Source: Minutocellus sp. GHC0000111 (Eukaryota). Taken from it: 64,000 bases of DNA. The position numbers and the translations under genes were made by a program. The stretch spans positions 2,542,001 to 2,606,000 of the forward strand of contig OZ361260.1 in NCBI GenBank assembly GCA_977018835.1, read 5' to 3'. Every line of letters begins with the position of its first letter. Position 1 is the stretch's first letter. Positions 11,001-22,700 of this stretch are shown one piece after another. The notes below the pieces were generated by a model. That model worked only from the letters and a program-made list of their open reading frames with translations. It did not search any database and was not told the DNA's origin.

Positions 11001-13829
11001 GCTTCATTGCCAACGGCTCCGATCATCAGCGTTGCAGGTTGGAATGTAAGCTGCTCCTTCGCCTCATTTCTGCTCCGGAACATGTCCACTGCGATGTCTT
11101 CGGCCTTGGCCCGCTGCACTAGTTGCTGATTACAGCCTCTGAGTTTCAATCGCTGCGAGGAAGTCTTCGGGAAAGGTAACGACACATAGGCCAACAGGAC
11201 AATTGGCCAATCCCCTCTCGAAGCAATGCTTGTTTTTAAATCAACTTTCGTCGTGCTTGCGGTTATGTTTGCGAGATGATCGACATCTTTAAATTCATCT
11301 TCATCGTCACTATCATTGTCACTCTTGCCGCTGCCCTCACTACTCTGCTCGTCTCTATCGCTGCCACTCGAGTCGTCGTTATTGGATGCCTCGCTGTTGG
11401 CTTCTTCGGCTTCATCGTCAGCGTTATCGATATTATCAATAGAGTTAACTGGAGGTGCATTGAAGTCCTCTTCTTCCATCGGTAGGGCTTCCTGATCATT
11501 GGTGTTTCCTTCGGTACTAACCTCGGCGTTATCGACGGCACCATGAGGCCTGTCAGTTTCCAGAAGTAGCGTTTCTCGGCTGGCCATTTTTCGACTCTCC
11601 CGCCTTGGTGTAGCAGCGTCGACGAATAGCCTCGAGCGTTCAGTCTCGCTCATTTCTTTATCTGAGGCGTCATCGCTGAGTTCGTCAAGATTTAGAAAGG
11701 TATCCTTTTCGATCGTATCAAGATGGGCTTTTGTTTCCTCACCCACCCTCGCGAAATGGGCTTGTAGATAGTCATTAAGGATGGCCGCCCCATTAGGAGC
11801 CACACGGTCAATTTCATCCAATACTTTGGCCACTTTCATCAACTCTGTCTTTGCGACAAATCCTTTACTTTCCCAGAGGGGCGTAATATTCTGCCATCTG
11901 CCCAATCCAACTTCATACCATATGTCATACTTCAAGAGACATTTGACAGCAGGTCTCGAGCGCTTGGCAAAGAATAGTTTCATTACTCCGATAATATAGC
12001 TCTGGGTGTTCATGTTCACCTCTTTATTCCTAATCAGTTGGACATTGTCTTTCAAGAACTGGCCCAGGTAATAGGGAGTCATGGCATTATATCCGACCCA
12101 ACTACCAGTTGATTTTGTGTTCGGACCGATCGTTGGAAGAAATTCATGAGATCGAAAGAGGTCGTGGATGGATTGCCGCTCTTCTCCGCTTGTCGCAAAT
12201 CGTAAGTCAAGATCATTTGAAATAGGGCTCTCTGTCAATTCTCCAAGAGCAAGAGTCGCCAATAGCCCTTGTACAAGGAAAAGATAGACGAGATATCTCT
12301 TTTCCTTATTGTCCGCGAAAACATCAGAAACAACATGATCGTCCTCACTGAGAAGTGTTGGTACCGTAGCCCTGAGATGGTCAATTGCGTTAGTCAGAAA
12401 TAAATCTATCAACTGAGGAAGCGAATCTCGATGAATGCAAACAAAGAATTCCGCTCCGCGTCTTTTGAGTTCTCCGCCAATGAAAGGATGGTAACTGGCA
12501 AAAAGTTTATCGATAACGTCATCGTCACCGTCCCTATTGATGTAGTCTGGCACGATGCCAGAGTCAATTATGTCCATGCATTTCAGGATACGTTCGATGT
12601 TATTATTGGAAACGAATGGATAAAATGCAAGCGCGGCAGAGGGGTCTTCTATCCACAGGTTGTCGAGGTTCTCCACTTTCCCCCCTGGTCGCCGATCACG
12701 GACGAGTTCACATTCTAACAGGGTCTTTGTTGGTTCGCTGACGTCTCGCTTTCTAAGCAACGTCTTCATTATCCCGAAGAGAAAGCTCTGCACGTAATTT
12801 GCGTCACGACGATAAGTCTGATATTGAGAGTTTGTGTCACCATGATGAGAAGGGAGCACTCCATAGTAAAATCCCCACCATTCATGATTGAGATCCTCGG
12901 TGAATTTTCCGAGCGTCAGTTCACCGGCGAAACCCTCGTTATCCATTATCTTCATCATTATTCTAACGTCTTCGCTGCGCATGATGAGATTACGTCGATA
13001 CGGATTTAGGTCATCCAAGTTGTCATCTACCTCGCCGTAAGTGCGATAGGCATGAATGCCCTGCGAGACGAGTGAATACACCAGCATTTTGAAAGCTCCA
13101 GTGCTCCCAAATCCTTCAGTGTTCAATCTGATACAAGCGCCCCTATCGTTTCCATCACCAGCGGCACCAATATCTTCACCATTAATTGCAGGGTCAGTGT
13201 CCCCGAAGTACTTCAAAAGAGCACGAAGAAAAAGGACCGAGAGCTTGACCGTTGAAGCCTCGCCAATGCATACACATATCTTTCCATTATGATTGAGAAA
13301 CGTTGCTTCGATACCGGCAGCAGTCAACAGTTGCTTAATTCCTTCATCTGGCAGTTGGATTTGGATTTGCTATGTCACGTAAATTAAACAATGTATAAGT
13401 CAAAGGAGAGTTAGATCTCGTTTTGGGTCTTCCGAATGAATACTGGGGGGTATAAGGAAGAACGTCATATAATCATCATGATTACGTCATGGAAATAAAT
13501 CAGCACGAAAAAAAAAAAAGAAAAATTGTTCTCCTTGAAGGGAAATATTGCTACCGCTGGATGATTTTGATTGCAACTCAAAATCACACACCAATGGACA
13601 ATGATTGTCGACGTTCCCTTTCATGTGTCATCAGTGCGGGGAATTCCCTTTCGCTCTTGGTCAGTCGAAAATATGTGTGGATCTGATATCAATCGCATGC
13701 TCATTCACCGAAATGAATACAGAAATAGTTGATACTTACATCGTTGCTCCCAGCCTTCGCCGCACGCCGAGAGTTGCCGCTGTCACCAGCATCCTCGCTT
13801 CCATCTGGGGGATCGCCAACCGTGGCCAT
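8006..13829 (-). CDS. Large (~1,800 aa) multi-exon hypothetical protein with DGQHR (ParB/Srx, DndB-like) motif; one frameshift or stop-start overlap at 9322-9325
   Basis: In-phase introns 10697-10607 (EIEG/EPLL) and 8892-8773 (GSK/AAKRRR); acceptor near 13370; donor at 13739 after ATG 13829; DGQHR at 10449-10435; 5' exon structure uncertain. Confidence 0.65.
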
Positions 13830-14670
13830 GGTCACTTCTTTGTTACGAGGCGGATGATGAGTGGACGTCAATATGAGCGATGTATCGTTCGTTGTACGAA
13901 GAAGCACCTTACTTTGCGATCGGTATCAGATTTTTTTTTCCAAGTTTTGTGAGCGAATGGTCCGGTATTTTCTCGGAATTCGCAGAAATCTTGATTCGTT
14001 CGACCGGATGTCAGAATAGAAAAGCCCTTTGGTGTCGCCGTATCTTCATGTTCATTCTCGCACGTATTCATCTTTCATTATTTGAGAAAAGTGGTAAGTG
14101 CCAGTCCATCTCAACGATTCGACCAACGCTCTTGGCAAGAGCGTCCCATCGAAAGAAAACATTGCTCCGAGGTCGCCATATTCCACGGAAGATAAGCGTA
14201 AGTGCCCTTCGCGTTTGCGTCACTCAGTCGTGGCGCCGCTTTTATTCAGTGCGACTTGTACATTTATTGCTCGGGATCGTCGCCGCGTCTCGGTTTCGTT
14301 CCAATGAATCGTATGATCATGTCAAGTTGATTACTCTTTTCATTTGTAATGCTGGAAACGAGTCGCCCATTGCGCTTGAATGGTCGCGCAGTGCAGGTGA
14401 TCGATCTTTACCATCGGGTCCCAAGCTTTCATCACCATCGTTGTCGGCGATGGGCAGGAGCGGCATGCATGGGCGGCATACCGATGGCGCATCGCATGGC
14501 GCGTGGCATGGTGGCGGTTCCTTATTTTTGACGCACGAAGGAAAGACATTATTTTGGGAGTATTTTTCCCTTTAAATTCCGGGAGAGGTATTCATTCGGA
14601 ATGCCCGAAAAGTCCACACATCTGCACGTGCAACTGTGATTTTACACCTTTCTAGTTCTTATGATGTTAG

Positions 14671-16346
14671 TTGTTACTATGTTTCTTCCAGCTGCTATGT
14701 CAAGCACTGGCTCTCCTAGCAGGAACCTGCGCAGCAGCAAAAGCTCTGGTGCTGCTGCTGCTGTGTAACAACCCTACTGCTGTGGCTGTCGCTGCTGCTG
14801 GTAGTAGCGGTGACGACAGCAAGAAGAGCAGCTGTTCTTCAGCAAAAAAGAACAAGAGTGACAGTGTTTCTGCTCTTGTGGTCTCTAAGAAGAGAGCTGT
14901 TGCTGATGATCAGCGTGGTGAGTCAAGCCCTGTTGCCAAGAAGAAAACAGGTGATGATTCTGCTCTCTCTCTACCACCTCACCTGTGCCGAGCTTGGTGG
15001 ACTTAAGCAAGAAGAAGCTAGCTGCTGTCATAGCCTTCGAAAATGGCGTTGACGTCAGCTACTTTGGCAATTGGTATAGTGCTTGTCAGATTAGCACTGG
15101 CAGCAGGGTTCCTGTGCAGGAGCTAAAGGATGAAAGCAACCCTGCCCGTGTGTTCAGCAGTGCCATTGTCATTGATGATCGATGCTGGCAAGCGGTTCAA
15201 TCACTCTTGATGCTTGCTATGACTTGGTGCATGGCGTGGCCACTGCCTGGGCTCTTGAAGCTCGGTCCAAGGGCAGCAAGGACTGGGAGAACATTTCTGT
15301 GGTTCTTCACAGCAGTTACCCTGTGAGGCAATGAGTGCCATTCAGGAGAGTGGACTGGAGCTACAGTGTGTGTTTGTTCCTTGTGTTGGCAAAGACGATG
15401 CTGTGAGCACGAGTGCCAGTGGTGCTCTTGAAACCCCCAAGCGCACCCCCAAAGCTGAAGGAGGTGGCGCTAGTGCTGGGAAAGTTGCTGCTGCTCTTGC
15501 TCCTCCTGCTGCTGTTGTTGCCAGTCAGAGCACTGTTGCCATCAGTTCACCTTCAAAGTCACCACAAAAACAGCTCAACCTGGACAGTCTTGACATCAAG
15601 GTGACCAAGGACGTTGTCCAGAAGTACAAGAGTGCCAAGGAGGCCCGTGGTGGTGGAGCCAGTGGCTACAAGCTCACAGTGAACCTCTCTGGTGTGTGGT
15701 CACAACCTCAGGCAGAGCCAAAGTTGTGTGGGTGTCGTCAACCTCGTAGACAGGCGCAATGCCCCTTACTGGATTCTTAAGCCTGATGTTCTCATTGACA
15801 CTCTTCAAGCTTTGACCGAGAACCCCCATCTTGCGTGCCTCTCTGACCTTGCAAACAGTGCCAAAGAGGTTCCTTTGCGCGACATTCCTTGCGGTGCTGA
15901 TGTTGGGAAGCTGTCCTACTCCAAGACTGGGTCAGCTTTTCCAATCACAACCACCATGTTTTCCCTGGACGTGTCAGAGAAGATTCGCCCTCCTGCCGAG
16001 GAGGCTGTTTGCCTGGTGCAAATGTTGCACGAAGTTGTGACATCCAAAGTGTTCAAGGAGGCCTACACTGACATGATGGTGAACGGCGGTGGGCGGTGGG
16101 CCAAGCTTGGCTCTCAGATTGAGCAGGCAGGACAACCACTCCTGTTGGGTCGTTTTCAAGGGGTGCAACCTGGAGGTTGTTGATCCTTCACCCCTGAACA
16201 CAGTTTTGATGGACAAAGACACCAAGGAAGCCATGTCCTTCTTGACTGACGGCGTTCCCCCTGGACGCTGGGCTGCCGATGCTTCGTTGCGGAAGATTGC
16301 TTACAAGGATTGGAGCATTCCAGCTGGTACGTTTGCGGAGGAGTGA
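14671..16346 (+). pseudogene. Frameshifted, degenerate coding sequence of unknown family inside the element
   Basis: Chain of overlapping same-strand ORF fragments (14671, 14985, 15331, 15692, 16089) with protein-like segments such as LVDRRNAPYWILKPDVLIDTL; CpG/TpA-depleted. Confidence 0.5.
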
Positions 16347-16722
16347 GGAAGTGAAACTTTGTTCTCAGGGTGGCTGCTTTCTGGTGGATTAAAAAACTTT
16401 GCATTGTCTTAGGTAAGGGCTTGATCACACTTCAACTACAAAAAACACCAAACACACAAACACAAACCACTGTCAAAAAAATGAAAAACGTTAAGCGCAA
16501 AAGTCATGAAGGAGGTCAAACACTCAGTCACAAATTCAGTCAGACCCCATTTTGCAATCAAAAAATCAAAAACTGTAATCAAACTACATAGTGATCAAAA
16601 AAGCCCCTCTTGTTTGCACCTGTTTGCTCCTCACTGTGTGCTTCAACTTCTGCTAGTGCACCTCTCACTCATTTTTGTGTTCTTCACCTCCAGTTTTGGC
16701 ACACACGGCATCTCTATCAGTG

Positions 16723-19700
16723 ATGCCAGACAGGAGAAGTCTGTTCTTCCCCCCCCTTTCAGGCCTCAAAAAGCAATTGCTGTGTCAACTCCCTGTGCTC
16801 GTGCACTCGCCTAGTGTTGACGAGGTGTCAATGGCTTGCAGCTCAACCAGCGTGTTCCAGCAACAACACAGGAGGCTCTTCAAGATGATGAGAAGCTGCA
16901 TTGTTTCCTTAAATGTTGCCGAGATTGGGAGCACAGTGGAGCTGAGCAACACAGGGAACACTGTTGCAAAGCCCTCAGTTTTTGTGACAGCCCCATCTTG
17001 GTGCTTGGTGCTTGAAGTCAGCCCTCTTGGTGTGCCATCAAAGGGGTTTAGCTACTTTTTCATGGACAAGAAGGTAAAGGAGAAGATGAGCTTTGCTCTT
17101 TTGCACCAGACGCTAAAGCGTGGGCTGGCAAGGGCTTCCCTCAGGATGAAGCTGATGCCAGCAGCGCACAGCCCATGCCTGGTGAGGCTGTCTGCCAGCT
17201 TGGTTGCCGGCCCCAAAGAAGTTTGGTCAATCAAGGTCCGGTCACCCTTTGGATCGCCATTTGAGGTCAAGGTGAAAAGGACCTGCAGTGGGCGGAACTT
17301 GTGGCTTCAAGTTGTGCTTGCCACTGAGAAGCTAGCAGGACGGGGCACAGTGGACATTGACTCTCTTTATGATGGGAACCGATACGACTGTCCCCTGCCA
17401 CTCTGCTGCTTGGGGTTGAGCAATGGATGCACAGTGGACGCAATTGACAAAAAAGACCAAGAGTGGGTGATCTTCATTAAGTGCCCTGATGGCTCAGTCA
17501 TCGCCACGCCGGCTAGCAAGGAAGAAAGTTGCATTGATTTACATCGCAGAGTGGCAGCAATGCTGGCAACTCAACTGCCGGTGTCGCCATCTGACGTGTA
17601 CACGACGTTTGGGTCAAAGCTACTAGAGCACACAAAGGCAAAGTTGTGGGAGACAGGAATGCACAATGGATCAACTGTGATGGCAAACATTCGTCTTCGC
17701 GGTGGCGTCTGCGTTCCACACACCGGCAATCTCAAGCGGAGGCAAAATCAGGTAAATACCAATCACCCGATTCATGGCTTGGTTCCGAAAGAATACCCCC
17801 TGGTTTCAAAAAGAACCTACACTAGCTGATGATCACAGCCCCTTACTGCTAGCACGCTAACTTTCATTTTTAAAATTATTTTTTACACAATGAACAGGTA
17901 TCAAAACAAGAAAAGCAGCGACTGAAAAATGCTAGACGACACTTAGAACAAATTAAAAGGAAGGAGAGCATACCCAGGATGAACATAAAGCCACCGCATC
18001 ATGACCGTCTTCGCGACTATGATGCTCTTCATGTGCAGCAGCTATGGGAAGACGCAATAGAGTTGGACGTTGATTTGAGTGCTTGCGATCCATATCGTGC
18101 ACTGAACAATGACAAGTACAAAATCGCCATTGGGCAAGCCACCAAGGTAATATCGGCAGCGAGGAGGAAAAGAGACGCCCACTTCAGGAAGGAAGATATG
18201 TACGCAATTAATCGCCAAGCATTCCGAGCATCAACCTATGCCGAACAGAAGGTACTCGAATCGCTCATGCGATTTGAATCGAGAATGATGCAACTTCACC
18301 ATGATGTTTGCTCTTTGTGCAATGAGTGCAGCATTGATATGACTGTAAACAAGAATAATGTCTGTCGAAGGTGTGCAAATAAACGGACGAAAAATGATTA
18401 TACGAAAGAAAATGCCATGATCCCACTGTGGATTGATGATGAGGGTAAGGAGCATCTAGAGGTTCCTCCGGAACTAGAATGCCTCACTATTGCCGAGAAA
18501 TTATTGATCCAGCGCGTCTCACCGCTCGTGCCAATACATCACATTAAAAATGGCAATCTTGGAATAAAGGGGCACGTTTGCTCCTTTATGCAAAATATCG
18601 AAGATCTAGCTTCGTCGCTCCCAAAATTACCTCACCAAGTCAAAGCAATACGGATGATTCGAACTCACGAAAATAGCGACGGTCTTCCGGTCACGACAAT
18701 GTACACTGTGAATCGTCGTCGCGTCATGAATGCTCTCCTCTGGCTCGTAAAGCACCACTCTGATTATAGGCAAGCCTACGAGAACGGTGAATTGACTATT
18801 GATGAAACAAATCTTGACTGGATGCCCGCCGGGATAGATGAGGCTGATCTCTTATCCGTTACTGACATAGTGCACACCGAAAAAAATGATAGTCTCGCTG
18901 ATACCGAGGAGACTGGGGTGTCCAATTCCCAATGTATCGATCCCCTGATGATTGATAATGATGAAGAGGAATGCTCAGGTTTCTCGTGTAAAGAGGCAAC
19001 ATCGCTCACCAATGAAAATCAAGAAGCAATGATAAATGCTTTGAAGGAGGCAGCAGGCGAGCAGAGCGACGTATCAAAGCTTGATTGGCCACAGACCAGC
19101 TATCCCGATGCCATTTCGGAATATTCCAATGTACGCATCTTCACGAATGCATTCCCTTGGCTTTTCCCGGGAGGAACAGGTGATTTCCGCGATCTTGACC
19201 GTGAATCAGACATAGACGTAGCAAATTGGGCACAACATCTTCTACGGCAGGCCGATGGAAGATTTCAGCGAGACAAGCTCTGGGGATTTTTTGTGTATAA
19301 CTACTGCCAAAGACATCGTAACAATTCTAGCGGAGGATACTTCATCAACAATCACATCAGCGATCCGCCCAAATCTCTCGATGAATTGAAGGAACAGCTA
19401 AGGAAGGGCGACTCTTCCTTTGTTAGCAAACTCATTTTCTACAGCAAGCGAGTTCGTGGATCAGATTCATACTGGCGGTCAGAACGCTCAAAATTATACA
19501 CATGGATTTCTCACCACATAGAAGCCAATCACGGAGCGCCAGACATATTCATGACCCTCTCCTGTGCGGAATATTTTTGGCCGGATGCAATACGGCTCCT
19601 AGAAGAACGCATATGGATCGCGGAAGGGAGGAAAATCGTAAACGGAAATCGATGCTTTCGCGACGGACGGAAGATTGACCTCAGCAATAATAGGGTCGAT

Positions 19701-22700
19701 CGAAACAGAGCCGTCAATGACTATGCCCTCGTAATTCAACAATATTTCATCAAACGTGCAGAGAATTTCTTGAACACCGTCGGAAAGGAATTAGTCGGCA
19801 TAAAATATTATTGGGGCCGAATGGAATTTGCCAAAGGACGGGGGCAGATACACATCCATCTTCTTGGTATATTGTACAAGACCATGACAAGAGACCTCCA
19901 GGACCAGCTAAATGACGGAGGCAGAAGTCACGCCGATCAGGCCAAACTCGTTGGGGACTGGGCAGAACGGGTCTTCGGCATGACTTCATCCATCGACAGG
20001 AATAGCGAGTGAGTATATGTGCAAATTGAATCAAAAACCAACATGATCGACGCGACAAGGTCTCATGATCCCTCTTCCTCCTTTCTCGACAGGCCTGCTG
20101 ACGAAAGCGGTAACATGGGAGCAAGCAAACAACGTCTCGGCGAGGTTTCCGACTATCGTAAGGACGAGGCTCGACTCTGTTTTGAATGCCAACATCATAA
20201 ATGCGGGAGCTACTGCATGCGAAACCATCGTGCGAAGAAAAATAAAGAATCAGCAAATTCCCCTCCCAGCACACACGAGACGAATTCAAGCACCGCAAAA
20301 CCAGATAAACGACGATATTGCCGTGCCGGAACAGGATACGAGAAGACCCCAAATGCTTGCGATACACCAGGATTCCAATTACGTTCAGACCATGCCATCA
20401 CCCGTGATGATCGTGATTTCCTGAAGCTCGAAATGAAGCGGAACAATCTTCGCATGATTCAGACCCCACTCAACGTTCTGAGAGGATGGCGTGGCAATTG
20501 TGATATCAAAGTGTTATTATACGACTGTCACGACAGCGAACCAACGCCAGAGGACATAGCCGAAGTTACCGATTATGTTGTCGCTTACGCCTGCAAAGGA
20601 AACGAGACACTGGCCACCGAACGCGACACTATTACAGCCATCGTCAATCGGTGAGTGCTGCGTTGGATGCAAATGTGCCAAAACGGGACCAATTCCATTT
20701 GAATACCCGCGAGTATTCAAAAAGAATCTGATCCCGCGTCTATTTCCGTTCATTGTGTCATTTTCACGCTGTAACGCGCATGCTCAATCCCCTGATTCGA
20801 CTTCCAGTGCTGAGGAGGCATCAGGAAATATTGATGATGTAATCACATTGGCCAGGAAGCTGCTCAACAGAGCCGTGGTCAGTAGACTTGTGTCAAAACA
20901 AGAGTGCATGGTGGAGCTAGACAACTAGACAACTAGACTAGCTTCCCTTGATCCGCTGTGCACGGAGACCACATGTCATCGAGTCAATCAATTAGTTTGT
21001 TTGTCCGGTAGCTTCAAGCTAGCTCACATCAGACACCCACAATGGACTGGTTGCCAAATACAGAAAAATAGCTGCCAAGAACCCTAACCTTTCGCTCAGT
21101 GACCTGTTCCAACAACAAATTGGCAGCAAGAACACTGAGAAAAGCTGTCATTCCACATTGGATAGGAGGAGGGAGGGGGCAACCAACATTCCCAGTCACT
21201 AAGGACTATGCCAGAATGACGCTGCTAGTGCACAGGCCATGGAGAGCATCAACACCTCCCCGGCTAAGCAAAGAGCAATGGATCAAAGAGTTCAACAACT
21301 TTCTTTCTGACTCGTGCTGCCCCCAGTCAGTCAAGATTGCGTACGCCAGGGTGAGTGAGCGCAAAGTGAAGAAACGCCACAGTGAGCCAACAGCAGAAGA
21401 TGAAGAATGCTATGACTACGAGGCTCACGGAGACATGGATGATGAAACCAGAGACATTCTCAACTTGGTCAAAACCAATGCAGTCAGCAACGACCCAGGA
21501 GTGACCATTGGGGACTTCAAGTTTGACAGAGGGCTAAACTATGACTGGTCTCAGAGAATGTTCCCCCTGCAAGAGACGCCATGCTTGAAGGGGGGTCCTG
21601 GCTAGAAGATGCAGTCAGCTCAAAAGATGCAACAGAATGGACACCTTTTACCACTGAAGTAGATGGAAAGCCCATGGCAATTGATGCGTCAATGGTGAAA
21701 AATGACCAGCAGGAGTTGCTTCTGACAGTTATGAGCAAGGTCAAGGAGTGTGGGTGGAGAGTGCGCCACTTCAAGTGATGTCAACAAAGCCAGGTCTTTC
21801 AAGCCACTCTACTTGACGGTGCAAGGCTGCGCAGGATCAGGCAAGAGCTTCTTCATTAAATGCTTGGTGAACACAGTGAGGGAGGTTTTAGGAGAGAAAA
21901 ACGTCATCCATGTGGTTGGCCCCCCACCGGTGCAGCAGCATGGTCAGTGGGAGGACAGACAATGCACAGAAAGTTTGGAGAATAAACCCTCACTCTCCAT
22001 CGTCTTTCCCTTCAGAAAAGCAAAGAGAGACAATGATGAAAGACAACAGAGTGGCAGTTGTTTACGTGCTTGATGAAAGGAGCATGTACACAGCAGACAA
22101 CCTTGGGGCTGCTGAGAGGAATCTTGCAGCAACTGCTCATGGAGGAGGCCACGAAGGAGAGCTGTTCGGGGGGGTGCCCATCTTTCTGCTTGTGGGGGGG
22201 ATGACTACCAGCTAGCTGCCCCCACCAACAAACACACAAAAGGGAGCATTTGACACAGTTGGAGGGCAGCCTTCACACTCACAAAGGCAAACTGGAGTTG
22301 CTGCATCATCAGGAGCACAGCTTTTTCTCGACACATTTGAAAAGTGCATGGAACTCAAGACAATCAAGCGTCAAAAGTCAGATCAGGTTGAACTCGTCAG
22401 CATGCTGGGAAGGCTTCGGTCAGGACACCCAACACCAGCAGATGCAGACAAGCTAATGCAGTACCACCTCACCAACTTTGGAAATGCAGAAGTGGAAGCC
22501 ATCACAAGCACAGGAGGAGAGTTGGTCCCCAGCTTTAGGTGAGCCGCTCGACCCAAAAACTGGACATTCATTCGTCTTTCCGTCGTCCGTGTTTCCAACG
22601 CGGCGAAGTACGGGAAAAGTCGCAATTTCCTGCCGGACCAACTTTTCCCCCTGAAATATGGCAAAAAGACTTGATCGAGCCGGCCTGCCTCGCTTACGTC

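Noticed and set aside
13880..14575. 231-aa plus-strand ORF and GCATGG-rich patch
   Set aside because: Non-ATG start and no protein-like composition; more likely a divergent promoter region
6873..14600. Bacterial contamination or prophage as source of the DGQHR gene
   Set aside because: Gene has in-phase spliceosomal GT-AG introns; no operon structure or capsid, integrase or polymerase motifs seen
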